Source of the DNA: Pocillopora verrucosa
Taxonomy: Eukaryota
DNA: 64,000 nt
Assembly: GCF_036669915.1 (NCBI RefSeq)
Contig: NC_089320.1
Span: 15,851,874 to 15,915,873 of the forward strand
Direction: 5' to 3'
Below, piece after piece: positions 47,903-60,861 of the stretch (position 1 is the stretch's first letter; every line of letters begins with the position of its first letter). Below the pieces are notes generated by a model. The model saw only the letters and a program-made list of their open reading frames with translations, ran no database searches and had not been told where the DNA came from. Both the position numbers and the translations under genes were made by a program.

Positions 47903-50900
47903 TTAGTAATAGTGAAAATTTGGTTTCATGTTTTGTATAACATTACCTCCCTTTTCAAAATTAATATTCATAACAGTTTGCTTGGATTGTTTTAAGTTAT
48001 ATTTAAAAATAGATAAATTTGGAGAATCTTTAACATTATCGGGAAGTGCATTCCATGCTACTGCAGATCTATGAGCAAAGGACCTACGACCCAATTCGGT
48101 TTTGGGCCTATTAAGTACAACATTCAGGGATTTCCTTAGGTTATAACTGTTAGAGTTCTTGGTCACCAAACAATTAATTTCCCGCAACCCTAAATTATAA
48201 TAAGCATTATATGTAATAGTTAAGATACGTAGCTTATAAAAATACTCTAAAGGCATCCAGCCAACCTTAGAAAGTACATCATTATCCCCAAAACTATTTG
48301 GTATCTTATGAATTAGCCTGGCAGCCCTGATGTGAATCATTTCTAGATCTTTAAGCTTGGATCCAGACCCCCAAATTGCAATTCCATATAGAACACTTGG
48401 TATAACTATCCTATAGTAAAAAGTCTCCAAGATAGATGTACATAGGAAATTTATACGTCTCAACATTTTAACTTTGGCATTAAATGCAGATCTAGCCAAT
48501 GCAACATGCTGAGACCAAGAGAGTTTATCATCAATTGTAACCCCAAGGCAATTGGTGGAGGACACATACCGAATGGTGTCCATACCCCACTTCAGCTGTT
48601 TCAAAGGACCTATGAAGGGGGTAGTACTTAAGACCATTGCCTCGGATTTACCTTCATGTAGAATCAATCTGTTACTAAGACACCAGGAATTAACCTGGTC
48701 CAAAACAGCCTGTAACCCTGTTGTTATTTCATCAACAGTATTCCCTACTACATATATTGTTGTGTCATCAGCATACATATAGACTTCTCCACTGGTAATA
48801 GATTCAGGGAGGTCATTAACATAAGATGCAAACAATCTTGGTCCTAGTAAGGATCCCTGAGGGACCCCAGCTCTAATGGGGATTCTATCAGATCTAGACC
48901 CACTTACACTAGTCCCTTGTACACGGTTGGAGAGATAGTCATTGATCCATTTCCACATATCACCTGCCAAGCCAACAGCCTTGAGTTTCTCAGTAAGAAT
49001 ACTGTGGTTGACACAATCAAAAGCTTTGCGGAAATCAATGAATAAGACTCCAACCTTATGGCCTCTATCCAGGGCACTCCCCCAGGACTCAGTGAGATGA
49101 AGGAGGAGGCTCTCCGTTGAATAGCCCCTCCTAAATCCCCATTGTCTATCTGTGAGAATGCCATTGGATAACATGTGATCATCAAGTGAGTCACACACTA
49201 CCTTCTCAAGAAGCTTTCCTGGTGTACTAAGCAAGGATATAGGTCGGTAATTGTTAGGATCCAGCCTGTTCCCTTTCTTAAAAACAGGTGTAACTAATGA
49301 CTCCTTCCATTGTTGAGGGAACTTACAACAGTCCATGCTTTTTTTGAACACCTCTAGCAGACCCTGAATAGCAGAGTCCTGTGCCAATTTAAGATCTTTA
49401 GGAAAAATATTATCAGGGCCTACTGCTTTGTTTGGATTAATAGACTTCAAAACATCTCTAACTATATCCCAATTCAAAGAAAAATTCTCTATAGTGGGGG
49501 TAATTCTATTAATATAAAAAGTAGTATCTAAATGTACTGGATCCAAGTTCTTAGTAAGATCATGTGCAATATCAATAAAATAGTTATTAATCAAATTCGC
49601 TTTCTGCCTATCATCTGAAATAATAGTGTTATTAGAATCTTGTAGGGGACCAATTTTATCACTTTTGATCTTACCAAGTATACGATTAGATATTCTCCAG
49701 AAATCTTTAGGTGAAGAAGATTCTTTAAATAGCCCAATCCAGTAAGAGGCCTCAGCTTTTCTGAGCATACTTCTAACAGCGTTTCTTTTAGCTCTATAGA
49801 TGTCCCACTGAGGATTATCATGGGGTTTACCTTGAGCAGCTTTTAAACACTTATACCTTTGATTCATAGCCTTTCTGATTTCGGTATTGATCCAGGGAAG
49901 TGACTTGTGTCTGACCTTCACATTCCTTCGTTTGATGTTGGACTCTATAATGTCTTTAAACATGGTTTCCCATAAGTAAACACTGTCCTCAACATCCTCT
50001 ACAGCAGACACAATATGCCATGGAGCTTCCTCTAAGGACCTCTGGAATTTTTCATTATCCATATCCTTATAGTTCCTTACTGTAATAAGCTTAGGCTTTG
50101 AATTACTCCTCCTTGTAGAAAAGGCAGCAAATATAAGATGATGGTCTGAAATGCCCAGGTCAATAGAACCAGCTAAGACATTTGATGCATGCAAATTAGG
50201 ACTAACAATAATGAGGTCGATAAGTGACTTAGAGTTAGCTGTGATGCGCGTTGGTGATTCAATGACGTTAACGTAACCAAAACGCCTAAGAATTCTTTTC
50301 ATTCTATTACAGTCATATGGCGCATCTTGATCTGTATCTGCCGTATTAGCTAAGAGATTACAGTTAAAATCACCTAATAATATGACATTCTTCCTCTTGA
50401 TCCATATTTTATTAAGCAGGTCATGTAAGTCATCATAAAACGTGATTGATTTAGGTGGTCGGTATAGGCAGCCAAGTAAAGTAGACTGTGATCTTATGGT
50501 AATGTTAATCCATACAGCCTCCAAGTCCTGATGAATGTCCCACTTTAGGTTTTCAGAAATGTTCAAATTATCGCGATAATATATTACCACGCCGCCACCT
50601 TTCAAGCCATTTGATCTATCTCTTCTCACCGTGTTATAACCATATATTCTTATTAATTCATTTGATAGGTCTACGGTCAGGTGGGTCTCAGTAACGCCCA
50701 GGATGTCGAATTCAACCTCTTTTAATAGGAATTGAATTTCAGACAATTTATTAGTAAGACCATTGATATTTATGTGTCCAATCTTTAAGTTCTTGTTGTT
50801 GCCCATCGTAGTCTTTAACGTAGTGAAAACATCTTCGTCAGGTTCAGACACCACGTCATCGTCAAGGTTTAAGTCAAAAGAACTGGCATCGGCAAAGGGA

Positions 50901-51448
50901 AGAGCCCTCAGTTCACAGAAAGGGCAGTTCCAGAAGAAATGATCGAGGAGTTGAAGTTTGTTGTATTCACTTGGGTTAACTCTTCCACACTTTATGTGGC
51001 ACCAACGGAGACAGATATCGCATTCTATTGCACGGTGAGTTTTGGCGACAGCTCTCTCGCAAATTGGGCACTTAGGGCTGTTAAGTGGGGGACCAGGATT
51101 AGGATTAATGTCACCACTAGTTGAGAGCCTTATCAAATTAAAGGTGCTGACTGAGTTGGGATACAGAGAAACCCGAGTTGAGAAGAACCTTCTACCGTGG
51201 GAGCGATGATACGTACCACGTGGAGGAAATGTAGCCAGAGTCGGGTAGAAAAAATCCTTTCGCCAATCCATGGCACACTCCGAAGCATCACTACGCATTC
51301 CATTGGCTTTTCCGAAGGCTTCGACATCGAAGAAGCAACAGTAAAAGCGAAACTGAACCAGAAAAGCATATAAAGTGACGGAACTCCAAGAAAAACGTCC
51401 AACCGCCATGGCTGACCACCGCTGACCATCAAATACTCCGTCATGCAC
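47903..51448 (-). mobile_element. Non-LTR (LINE) retrotransposon ORF2-like polyprotein: PHD/C4-type zinc finger, APE-type endonuclease, reverse transcriptase (FIDFRKAFD…YADDTTI), 1181 aa, intact
   Basis: Single uninterrupted 3546-nt ORF; EEP endonuclease motifs (HININGL, GVTETHL), RT motifs (FRKAFD, YADD); (TGTA)n microsatellite at the element 3' end (47741-47762). Confidence 0.9.
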
Positions 51449-51860
51449 TAAACAGCATCACTCTTATACATGAACGTGAGAGGTAAGGCCAACTCTAGTC
51501 GAGTACGCAACTTTTTAATTGTACTCAACGAATTTACGAGAATTTTTAATTTAAATAAAGTTTATGTCTGTTTTGTCACCAGTGCAGGTCGAAGTAAACA
51601 TCTGAGCCAAACCTCAGACCTCCGAATTACAGGGATCCCTTTGGAGGGTTAGGCCATTATCAGCTCGTGTGCGATAAGCGATCTCTAGAACATAATGGAG
51701 CGAACTTTATTCGTGTACATAGCTTATCTCACAAGAATTCTTCCAACACCTTTCCCCGCGCCAAATTGTTCAGAGGAGACTCTTTAAACACGAAGAAAAT
51801 ATCCACCATTGCTTGTATAAAATATTTCTGGGACACACAAAACGTGACGCCGCAACCATA

Positions 51861-54800
51861 GATTCGGAAAAGTTTGACCTCCACGGGTAAGTCTTACGAT
51901 GATTGTTTATATTTCAATGATTGACCTCTGGTTTGATAACATTTTTTATGGTTAAGCGTGGCTTAATTCTTTGAGCAAAACAGATGATAAAGCGACAAGA
52001 AAGCGCTCAATAAGCAAATCAAACAACAGTAGACCTCTTTCAAGTCCGTGGTATGGTTCATAGGGGTCTTACAAGTCTCCAACGAGAGATAACGTTTCGC
52101 CATTTGGTCTCAAGATCAGATCATATTTTTAGGCCAAAAGCCTTGTAAAGGTAATGAATTTTGCAGTGCATGGTCTATGTCTTGAGATTCTGGCATTTCT
52201 TTTTAAACTCTGATTTGAAAAAAAAAAAATGTCTCAATCAGGAGCCCTCTTGTCTCAATATGTTCTTGGTGGCAACTTGAGGTAGATATGCTACAATCTG
52301 AGAAAGATGCTCTTTTAAATTGGATCGCAAAATAAAAAGATTTTCTCTTACCAGGTTCAGGTTTAAAACACCTTAAAGGCCACTCTTAAGTGCCCCCTTC
52401 CCCCCACCCCTCAGCTGAAATTGTAGCCTCATGAGAGGACAAAAGAAAATAAATTTGAGGGACATGATTTCAAGTGACACTAAGCCCTTGAAAAATATGA
52501 AAAAGGGCATGGAAAATTAAGTGAAAATAAGTAATCATATTTTGACCTGAAGATGAAATACATACAAAGAAAAATTTGAAACAATTTCAAAATATAAAAG
52601 CCATAAATTGGAGATTCCAGGACGACGGGTAGAGTAATTGTATCCAGCTTCGAACAGCAAAACAAGCTAAACAGCTGTTGAATGTTGTTGATGTACGAAA
52701 TTAATTGATTTCGATCGAGACAAAGCGACTTTGGAGTTAAGGAGAAAAAGGCATCGGTCGGGTATCATTAAATTCGTGAAAGATTACCAAATTGGAGATT
52801 TTTTTTTACATTGCATATTACTGTTCCTTGTGTTAAGCCTTTGATTTGGAGTGAGACTGAAGATGAGCATGAAAACAAAGTAATTTGCATTTGAAAAGCA
52901 TGCGGCAAGGTTCGTATCATACCAAGGTCAACCTCAGCCTCATTCCTGTTCAAAGGCTTGGCAACCAAGCACACAACTGTAAAATAGACTATTGAACAAA
53001 GAAGACATCAGGATACGTAGATTAAAAACTGAATTCTTCCATTCTTCAATAGATGTAATCAAAACAAGATTCATCAAACTTCGAGAGACGATGCGTGAGC
53101 TAGGTCACTCATGAAACTCCAAAAGGGTAATGTTGCCCTGATGAAAAAGTTTACTCGGAAAATCAAACGCTTGTAGTACCAATTATCCTTCACTCAGGGA
53201 GCTTCAAATCTCCCGAGTCTGCAAACAGAAATGCTGTCCAATTCATCTGACGCATTAGATAGGTTGTGCTATGTTTATACTTATAGAAATGTCAGCATCT
53301 CATTTAACTATTGGGCAACTCTGACGAACAGTGTTTTTGCGTTTCTTCTCGCTCCCATGACAGCGACAGGGAATGCTTTCGTTTTGGCAGCAATTTGGAG
53401 AAACCCGGCGCTAAGGACTCCATCCCATGTGCTTCTTGCTGGATTGGCCTTCACAGATTTTTGCACAGGACTATTAAGTATGCCACTTCTAGCTGCGTAT
53501 AAGTTAGCACATTTAAGGGAAAGCAGTATGACATGCACACTTGTTCTGATTTCATTTAGTGTCAGTATGTTTTTTGCCTGCTTGACGGTCGTTGTCATAG
53601 TGATGGCTGCTGCAGAAAGATGGCTATGCATGAGCAGGAGGTATCTTCTTACAGTGCGCCGAGTTACCATTCTTTTTACCATAATGGTGTGCTTGATAAC
53701 TGCTTTTGTAACTGTCCGCGTTATCAGTTTTCGGTATCTATCGAAGGACATAGACAATTTGCTGAATGGAGGTTTTTTGACGGCAGCGGCGATTTGTATT
53801 CTGGTTATGGCAGTTTCTTATTACAAGGTGTTTGGAATAATTCGTCACCATCAAAAAGGAGTTCAAGCAAATCAAAATTCCATTAATATTGCCAAGTACA
53901 AAAAATCTATATTCACCGTTCTCTATATACTTGCACTTTTTGTGATCGGTTACATCCCCTATCTAGGTAGCGAGTTAACCTTTCACGTTTTGCAGGAATT
54001 CGGAGACATGTTCCTAACATGCTCCAATTTTACCTTGATTTTTGTTTATTTTTCCTCGCTATTAAATCCTTTGCTTTATTGCTGGAGAATTAAGGAGATA
54101 AAGATGGGTGTAAAAAATTTGGTAGAAAAATTACTTTGTAAACAAGCAGCAGAGAATGAGGAATAATGATAAAATTCGTAAATTTCCCTTGACAAGTTTT
54201 GCGTAGCAGAATAGGTGAAAGAAAACTATCAAAAACGAATACTGATGGTGTAGTTGACTTTTTAAGGACGCTTCCTAAGGAGACGGTTGTAGATTTTAGA
54301 TTATTTCGACTGCAGGATACTAAGGATACTAGCCGATTTTCTTGACTATTAACTACCCTGAAAACGTTTTTCTCCTCAGTTACAATGTTTATTCATGTTG
54401 ATTTGCCTATCTATCGTTCCTGAAAGCTGACCCTTTAGCGTCCTTTTTGCGTCCTACGCGCGCATAAAAGGCAACCTTCTCGTTCTTTCTTCTGTTGTAT
54501 TTAGTAATTCGAAGGATCCTGACCTCTGCTACATTTGTAACTTTTGAAACCTTTGGCACAAGTGGGACCGATATGAAAGTTTATTCTTTTATTTTCCTTA
54601 GGTTTAGTTTTCTTTTATTTTGATTAGATAAAGGTAGTCGAAAATCTATTGTACTGTGTACCTTTTTAATTGCTTTGGGATAAGTAGCGATAATCACGCT
54701 TAGTGTTTACTAGTAAACGCTCACCTATTAGTTTGAGAACGTTTGAGCTATTGACTGTTTGCGTGAATATATTGACGTTGTTTTTTTTTTTTGCCTTAAA

Positions 54801-57090
54801 CGTTTTCATCGCGATTTGTAATTGACCCTGTTTTTGACACACTGTTTATTAAGTAATAAAAGTTAACAAATGAGAGAGAGATAACTGTACACCGCAGATA
54901 GCATAGCTAATCTGGGTGGTGTAGAGTTTTTGTATTACACAACATAAAATAATAAATATGGGAAAACATATACATATGCATATCTGCTAGAAAATTAATA
55001 CATAAAGAGAGGACAAGATCATTACACAGAGAAGAAAGAAATTAAATAAGATCAATACTTAGAAAAGAAGGCGAATGGTTAGATCTGTTTTTTCATGCTT
55101 TTATCTTATATATGGGAAGTGTTCGCCTCGATTAATAGGAATTTGTTTTATTATTACTTCAGTTTAGGTCGTTTTTAGCCTTTTGCCTGTTTTAGCAACT
55201 TGTTCGTGTTAATATCTTGGTAGTTTTAGTATTCTGGTTTTCATCGACAACAAATCTTTGTTAACCGTCACTTTGCTTCTCGTGATTGCGACCCGAAAAA
55301 TAGTCCCAAACACCTCGGTAGCCATACGCCTAAAGCGACGCCTCGCTTGTATTTTCTTTCAGTCGTCGCAAGCGTAACACGGAAGATTACTTTAACAAAT
55401 TTTGTTGTTAATTTTCTTTGTCAACCTGTATACCTAGCACTTTCTCCGTTGTAACTCGGCGCTTGCATGTTGGCAAAAGTTGCAACATTGAAAAAAAACG
55501 GCTTCAAAGTCTGATTACTGAACCATGGAAAATTATTTCAAGGCACAAATATTTGCATAACGTTGGTATGTTTAATAATCATTTGGTAATAATCGAACTG
55601 CACTGAGATATTTCGAACCGTTTATTGTACGTTACTTTTACTTCACCATCATATTGCCATTAAATTACCAGTGAGTTAGATATCTGTTAAATGATAAAAG
55701 GAGATAAATTTATGTTTTTTAAATAGTGTTAACCCTACCACACCCTTGTGCTGACAGTGCAAGGTGCAGACAAGTCAACATTGAAACTGACTCTGTGCAT
55801 GGTATCTTCATAATGATCCTGGATGATCTCGATAATCATTATCTACGAGATGCCGTAATAATGATCTCAGGATTTTCCAGAGTAGTGCTCTGTCCACCAT
55901 TTCACACACCCTCTAGATATCAATTTAACCGGCAAAGTTTATTACTAGTCTAATGACTGTTTTCTAATTATGCGGAAGGTTGCTAACTTGACCGTGCGAG
56001 ATCTGCCTGCATCAGTCCACAACTTTCCTGGCGATCTTGTGTAAAATATTTACGGAAAACACAAAACGTGACGCCACAACCATAGATACAACCACACAAC
56101 TGAAAACACCTATTAACCAATGAGAGCGCGCGTTCTATCTGTTGAATATTTAATAAACTTTTATAAGAGGTTACATGTACGCATATTCTTCCAATTACAA
56201 AATGAAAAAAGGAGAGTATAAATGGACAGCGGTATGTTATTTTTTTCTTTATTGACGCAACTTATATCGATTTAAATCGAGACAAAGCCAGATTGGAGTT
56301 TAGGAAAAAATGCCTCGCGTGGAGTTTTTATTGTCTTGAAACTTGGCCAAATTGGAAACTTCTTGTCACTTTGTTCATGAGTGTTCTTGCATGACAGCTC
56401 TTAAAATAGCCGTGACTAAGACAGACCACGTGACCTTACCAGTTATCAAACGGGAGCGCGGGAAAAAACGATCATTGTTCATGTAAGTGTGCACTGTTTA
56501 CCCACATCATGTTACATGTAATTTAGAGATCTGATTCAAAAATTTCCTCGGTAAATTTGTAATCGTCAACATCATGGCGAGCTTTCGAGGCTACTTTTTA
56601 CCCAAAGAAAGAGACTGGAACGAGGATGAAGACGACTCTGAAGTGGAAAGTGAAAGTGACGACAAGTACTTAGAATGTAAAGACATCCTTAATACTACAA
56701 GTAGGAAATACCAGTTCTACCGCCCATCGAAGACCCCAGAAAAGCTGAAAGAACTTTATGGCCAGCTTCTGCCAAAGAGAGAAAAATTTGTGCGTGCCAG
56801 ATTTGATCGAATGTTTACGTACCCTTGATGGATGGTTGAGATGATAGTGAATAAAAGATCTAATGGGCAGCAGAGCATTCCGTCCTACAGCATTCGATCG
56901 GACGACGGGGTCGATAAACTTTGATCTCGTTGTTTCTGACGCAGGCATGCTGAATCAGTAATCAACATGCCTTTGCGATTTTGGACTTGATCGAAAAAAG
57001 AAATCTCACTGCGATGCTTGATAATCCGAGGAAAAACGTAGAGGAATTCGCGCGCAGTAGAAAAGTCAACGATGATATTGCCAACCAGAT
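51861..57090. repeat. Tandem segmental duplication unit A (~5.2 kb): GPCR + degenerate helicase-exon-1-like fragment
   Basis: Unit start motif 'gattcggaaaagtttgacctccacgggtaagtcttacgatg' recurs at 51861, 57091 and 63751; long stretches of near-identical sequence. Confidence 0.85.
53231..54166 (+). CDS. Intronless class-A (rhodopsin-like) GPCR, 311 aa, copy 1 (ERW variant of DRY at the end of TM3, NPLLY in TM7)
   Basis: Single ORF with 7 hydrophobic segments, N-glycosylation sequon NSS at the N-terminus, E-R-W after TM3, NPxxY. Confidence 0.85.
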   Translation: MLSNSSDALDRLCYVYTYRNVSISFNYWATLTNSVFAFLLAPMTATGNAFVLAAIWRNPALRTPSHVLLAGLAFTDFCTGLLSMPLLAAYKLAHLRESSMTCTLVLISFSVSMFFACLTVVVIVMAAAERWLCMSRRYLLTVRRVTILFTIMVCLITAFVTVRVISFRYLSKDIDNLLNGGFLTAAAICILVMAVSYYKVFGIIRHHQKGVQANQNSINIAKYKKSIFTVLYILALFVIGYIPYLGSELTFHVLQEFGDMFLTCSNFTLIFVYFSSLLNPLLYCWRIKEIKMGVKNLVEKLLCKQAAENEE

Positions 57091-57120
57091 TCGGAAAAGT
57101 TTGACCTCCACGGGTAAGTC
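56574..57120 (+). pseudogene. Degenerate paralogue of the helicase-gene exon 1 (MASFRGYFLPKERDWNEDEDDSEVESESDD…RARFDRMFTYP* …IPSYSIRSDDGVDKL* … QHAFAILDLIEKRNLTAMLDNPRKNVEEFARSRKVNDDIANQIRKSLTSTG|gtaagt)
   Basis: Collinear similarity to 39055-39613 (acidic DSDLESGSEDEGF ~ DDSEVESESDDKY; RGKFDERF ~ RARFDRMF; LPSYSIRTDDDVNK ~ IPSYSIRSDDGVDK; ILLEFLERKNL ~ ILDLIEKRNL) but interrupted by stops/frameshifts; GTAAGT donor conserved. Confidence 0.55.
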
Positions 57121-57810
57121 TTACGATGATTGTTGATACTTCAATGATTGACCTCTGATTGATGAAATTTTTCTATTAGTGTGGCTTAATTCTTTAAGCA
57201 AAACAGACGATAAAGCGGCAAGAAAGCGCTCAATAAGCAAATCAAACAACAATAGACCTCTTTCAAGTCCGTGGTATGGTTCATAGGGGTCTTAAAAGTC
57301 TCCAACGAGAGATAACGTTTTGCCATTTGGTCTCAAGATCAGATCATATTTTTAGGCCAAAAGCCTTGGAAAGGTAATGAAGTTTGCAGTGCATGGTCTA
57401 TGTCTTGAGGTTCTGGCATCTTTTTTTTAAACTCTGATTTGAAAAAAAATATATATGTCTCAATCAAGAGCCCTCTTGTCTCAATATGTTCTTGGTGGCA
57501 ACTTGAGGGTGATATGCTACAATCCGAAAGATGCTCTTTTAAATTGGATCGCAAAATAAAAAGATTTTCTCTTACCAGGTTCAGGTTTAAAACACCTTAA
57601 AGGCCACTCTTAAGTGCCCCCTTCTCCCCACCCCTCAGCTGAAATTGTAGCCTCATGAGAGGACAAAAGAAAATAAATTTGAGGGACATGATTTCAAGTT
57701 ACACTAGGCCTTTGAAAAATATGAAAAAGGACATGGAAAATTAAGTGAAAATAAATAATCATATTTTGACCTGAAGATGAAATACATACAAAGAAAAATT
57801 CCTTGCAGGT

Positions 57811-59280
57811 TAGCTGCAAGTTAAGAAATTTCAGAAAAGACTCTTGAAACAGTTAAGGCTTTGATGGGATTTTAACCCACGCCTCCCAGATAGTTGATGG
57901 GTGCCACTACCAACTGAGCAATAAAGCAGCCTACTTTATTTGGTTCTCTGTTCCTGTAAAGAAATCAAATCACAATAAATTAAAAAGGTAATGTATATTT
58001 AGATTTATCAGATTCTGATGAAAATTTGTCTAAATGGTAGTTACGAATTGAGTCACCAAACTTTGTGAGGTTTTGTCGTGTTTATTTTTCATGTTGTTGA
58101 AGCTGATGACTGGCATGGAAAACCTTTTAGCTATCTTCAAAATCAATTACATGTGTTGTTTTCACCCCGTCCAATTATTTCACATGTGATTATATATATG
58201 TTTCTTTCGGGTACATTAACAAGCTACTAAATCGATACACACAAACTTGTCTACCTTTTTGTCTGAAACAATTTCAAAATATGTTATTGCCGATTCTTTG
58301 TTAAAAAATAAAAATAATAAAGAATAGAACGTAAAAGAACACATTTCGCCCCTTTAAGATGATCCTGCAAAGTCATAAATTGGAGATTCCTGGACGGTGG
58401 GTAGGGTAATTGTATCCAGCTTCGAACAACAAAACAACCTACTCAGCTGTTGAATGTTTTTGATAAACGAAATTGATTGATTTCGATCGAGACAAAGCGA
58501 CTTTGGAGTTGAGGAGAAGAAGGCATCGGTCGGGCATCAGTAAAATCTTGAAAGATTGCCAAATTGGAGATTTGTTTTTACATTGCATATAACTGTTCCT
58601 TGTGTTAATTGAACGAAGAAGACATCATGATACGTAGATTAAAAACTGAATACTTCCAGTGGCTTTTTTCTCATTGGGTGTAATCGAAACAAGATTCATC
58701 AAACTGCGAGAGACGACGCGTGAGCTGGGACACTCATTAAACTCCAAAAGGGTAATGTTGCTCTAATGAAAAAGTTTACTCGGAAAACCAAACGCTTGTA
58801 TTACTAATCATCCTTCACAATTAAGAAATTTCAGGAAAGACTCTTGAAACAGTTAAGGCTTTGATGGGATTTAAACCCACGCCTCCCAGATAGTAATGGG
58901 TGCCACTACCAACTGAGCAATTAAGCAGCCTACTTTAATTGGTTCTTTGTTCCTGTAAAGAAATCAAAATCACAATAAATTAAAAAGGTAATGTCTATTT
59001 AGATTTATCAGATTTTGATGAAAATTTGTCTAAATGGTAGTTACGCATTAAGTTACCAAACTTTGTGAGGTTTTTTTTGTGAGGTGTTTATTTTTCATAT
59101 TGTTTCCAAGCTGATGACTGGCATGGAAAACCTTTTAGTTATCTTCACAATCAATTACATGTGTTGTTTCACCCCGTCCAATTATTTCACATGGATTTAT
59201 ATATATGTTTCTTTCAGGTACACTAACAAGCGACTGAATCAATACAAACGAACTTGTATACTTTTTTGACTGAAACAATT
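57811..59280. repeat. 1.0-kb internal tandem repeat (~1.5 copies) inside unit B, each copy carrying a tRNA-like (A-box/B-box) SINE-type head on the minus strand
   Basis: 'ttaagaaatttcag[g/a]aaagactcttgaaacagttaaggctttgatggg' at 57824 and 58821; 'tcaaaatcaattacatgtgttgttt' at 58136 and 59136; GCTCAGTTGGTAG and GGGTTAAAATCCC boxes. Confidence 0.7.
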
Positions 59281-59925
59281 TAAAAATATAAAAGCCATAA
59301 ATTGGAGATTCCAGGACGACGGGTAGAGTAATTGTATCCAGCTTCGAACAGCAAAACAAGCTAAACAGCTGTTGAATGTTGTTGATGTACGAAATTAATT
59401 GATTTCGATCGAGACAAAGCGACTTTGGAGTTAAGGAGAAAAAGGCATCCGTCGGGTATCATTAAATTCGTGAAAGATTACCAAATTGGAGATTTTTTTT
59501 TTACATTGCATATTACTGTTCCTTGTGTTAAGCCTTTGATTTGGAGTGAGACTGAAGGTGAGCATGAAAACAAAGTAATTTGCATTTGAAAAGCATGCGG
59601 CAAGGTTCGTATCATACCAAGGTCAACCTCAGCCTCATTCCTGTTCAAAGGCTTGGCAACCAAGCTCACAACTGTAAAATGGACTATTGAACAAAGAAGA
59701 CATCAGGATACGTAGATTAAAAACTGAATTCTTCCATTCTTCAATAGATGTAATCAAAACAAGATTCATCAAACTTCGAGAGACGATGCGTGAGCTAGGT
59801 CACTCATGAAACTCCAAAAGGGTAATGTTGCCCTGATGAAAAAGTTTACTCGGAAAACCAAACGCTTGTAGTGCCAATTATCCTTCACTCAGGGAGCTTC
59901 AAATCTCCCGAGTCTGCAAACAGAA

Positions 59926-60861
59926 ATGCTGTTCAATTCATCTGACGCATTAGATAGGTTGTGCTATGTTTATACTTATAGAAATGTCAGCATCTCATTT
60001 AACTATTGGGCAACTCTGACGAACAGTGTTTTTGCGTTTCTTCTCGCTCCCATGACAGCGACAGGGAATGCTTTCGTTTTGGCAGCAATTTGGAGAAACC
60101 CGGCGCTAAGGACTCCATCCCATGTGCTTCTTGCTGGATTGGCCTTCACAGATTTTTGCACAGGACTATTAAGTATGCCACTTCTAGCTGCGTATAAGTT
60201 AGCACATTTAAGGGAAAGCAGTATGACATGCACACTTGTTCTGATTTCATTTAGTGTCAGTATGTTTTTTGCCTGCTTGACGGTCGTTGTCATAGTGATG
60301 GCTTCTGCAGAAAGATGGCTATGCATGAGCAGGAGGTCTCTTCTTACAGTACGCCGAGTTACCATTCTTTACATCATAATGGTGTGCTTGATAACTGCCT
60401 TTGTAACTGTCCGCGTTTTCAGTTTTCGGTATCTATCGAAGGACATAGACAATTTGCTGAATGGAGGTTTTTTGACGGCAGCGGCGATTTGTATTCTGGT
60501 TATGGCAGTTTCTTATTACAAGGTGTTTGGAATAATTCGTCACCATCAAAAAGGAGTTCAAGCAAATCAAAATTCCATTAATATTGCCAAGTACAAAAAA
60601 TCTATATTCACCGTTCTCTATATACTTGCACTTTTTGTGATCGGTTACATCCCCTATCTAGGTAGCGAGTTAACCTTTCACGTTTTGCAGGAATTCGGAG
60701 ACATGTTCCTAACATGCTCCAATTTTACCTTGATTTTTGTTTATTTTTCCTCGCTATTAAATCCTTTGCTTTATTGCTGGAGAATTAAGGAGATAAAGAT
60801 GGGTGTAAAAAATTTAGTAGAAAAATTACTTTGTAAACAAGCAGCAGAGAATGAGGAATAA
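59926..60861 (+). CDS. Intronless class-A GPCR, copy 2 (tandem paralogue, ~97% aa identity to copy 1)
   Basis: Same 311-codon ORF 6695 bp downstream of copy 1; differences include L2F, A->S, Y->S, LF->YI. Confidence 0.85.
   Translation: MLFNSSDALDRLCYVYTYRNVSISFNYWATLTNSVFAFLLAPMTATGNAFVLAAIWRNPALRTPSHVLLAGLAFTDFCTGLLSMPLLAAYKLAHLRESSMTCTLVLISFSVSMFFACLTVVVIVMASAERWLCMSRRSLLTVRRVTILYIIMVCLITAFVTVRVFSFRYLSKDIDNLLNGGFLTAAAICILVMAVSYYKVFGIIRHHQKGVQANQNSINIAKYKKSIFTVLYILALFVIGYIPYLGSELTFHVLQEFGDMFLTCSNFTLIFVYFSSLLNPLLYCWRIKEIKMGVKNLVEKLLCKQAAENEE

Noticed and set aside
53308-53757. Minus-strand 149-aa ORF and other small ORFs overlapping the GPCR genes (also 60003-60365)
   Set aside because: Antisense shadow ORFs of the GPCR coding sequence.
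56670-56948. Minus-strand ORF (MPASETTRSKFIDPVVRSNAVGRNALLPIRS…), repeated at 63396-63608
   Set aside because: Antisense to the helicase-exon-1-like pseudo-exon and duplicated only because the unit is duplicated.
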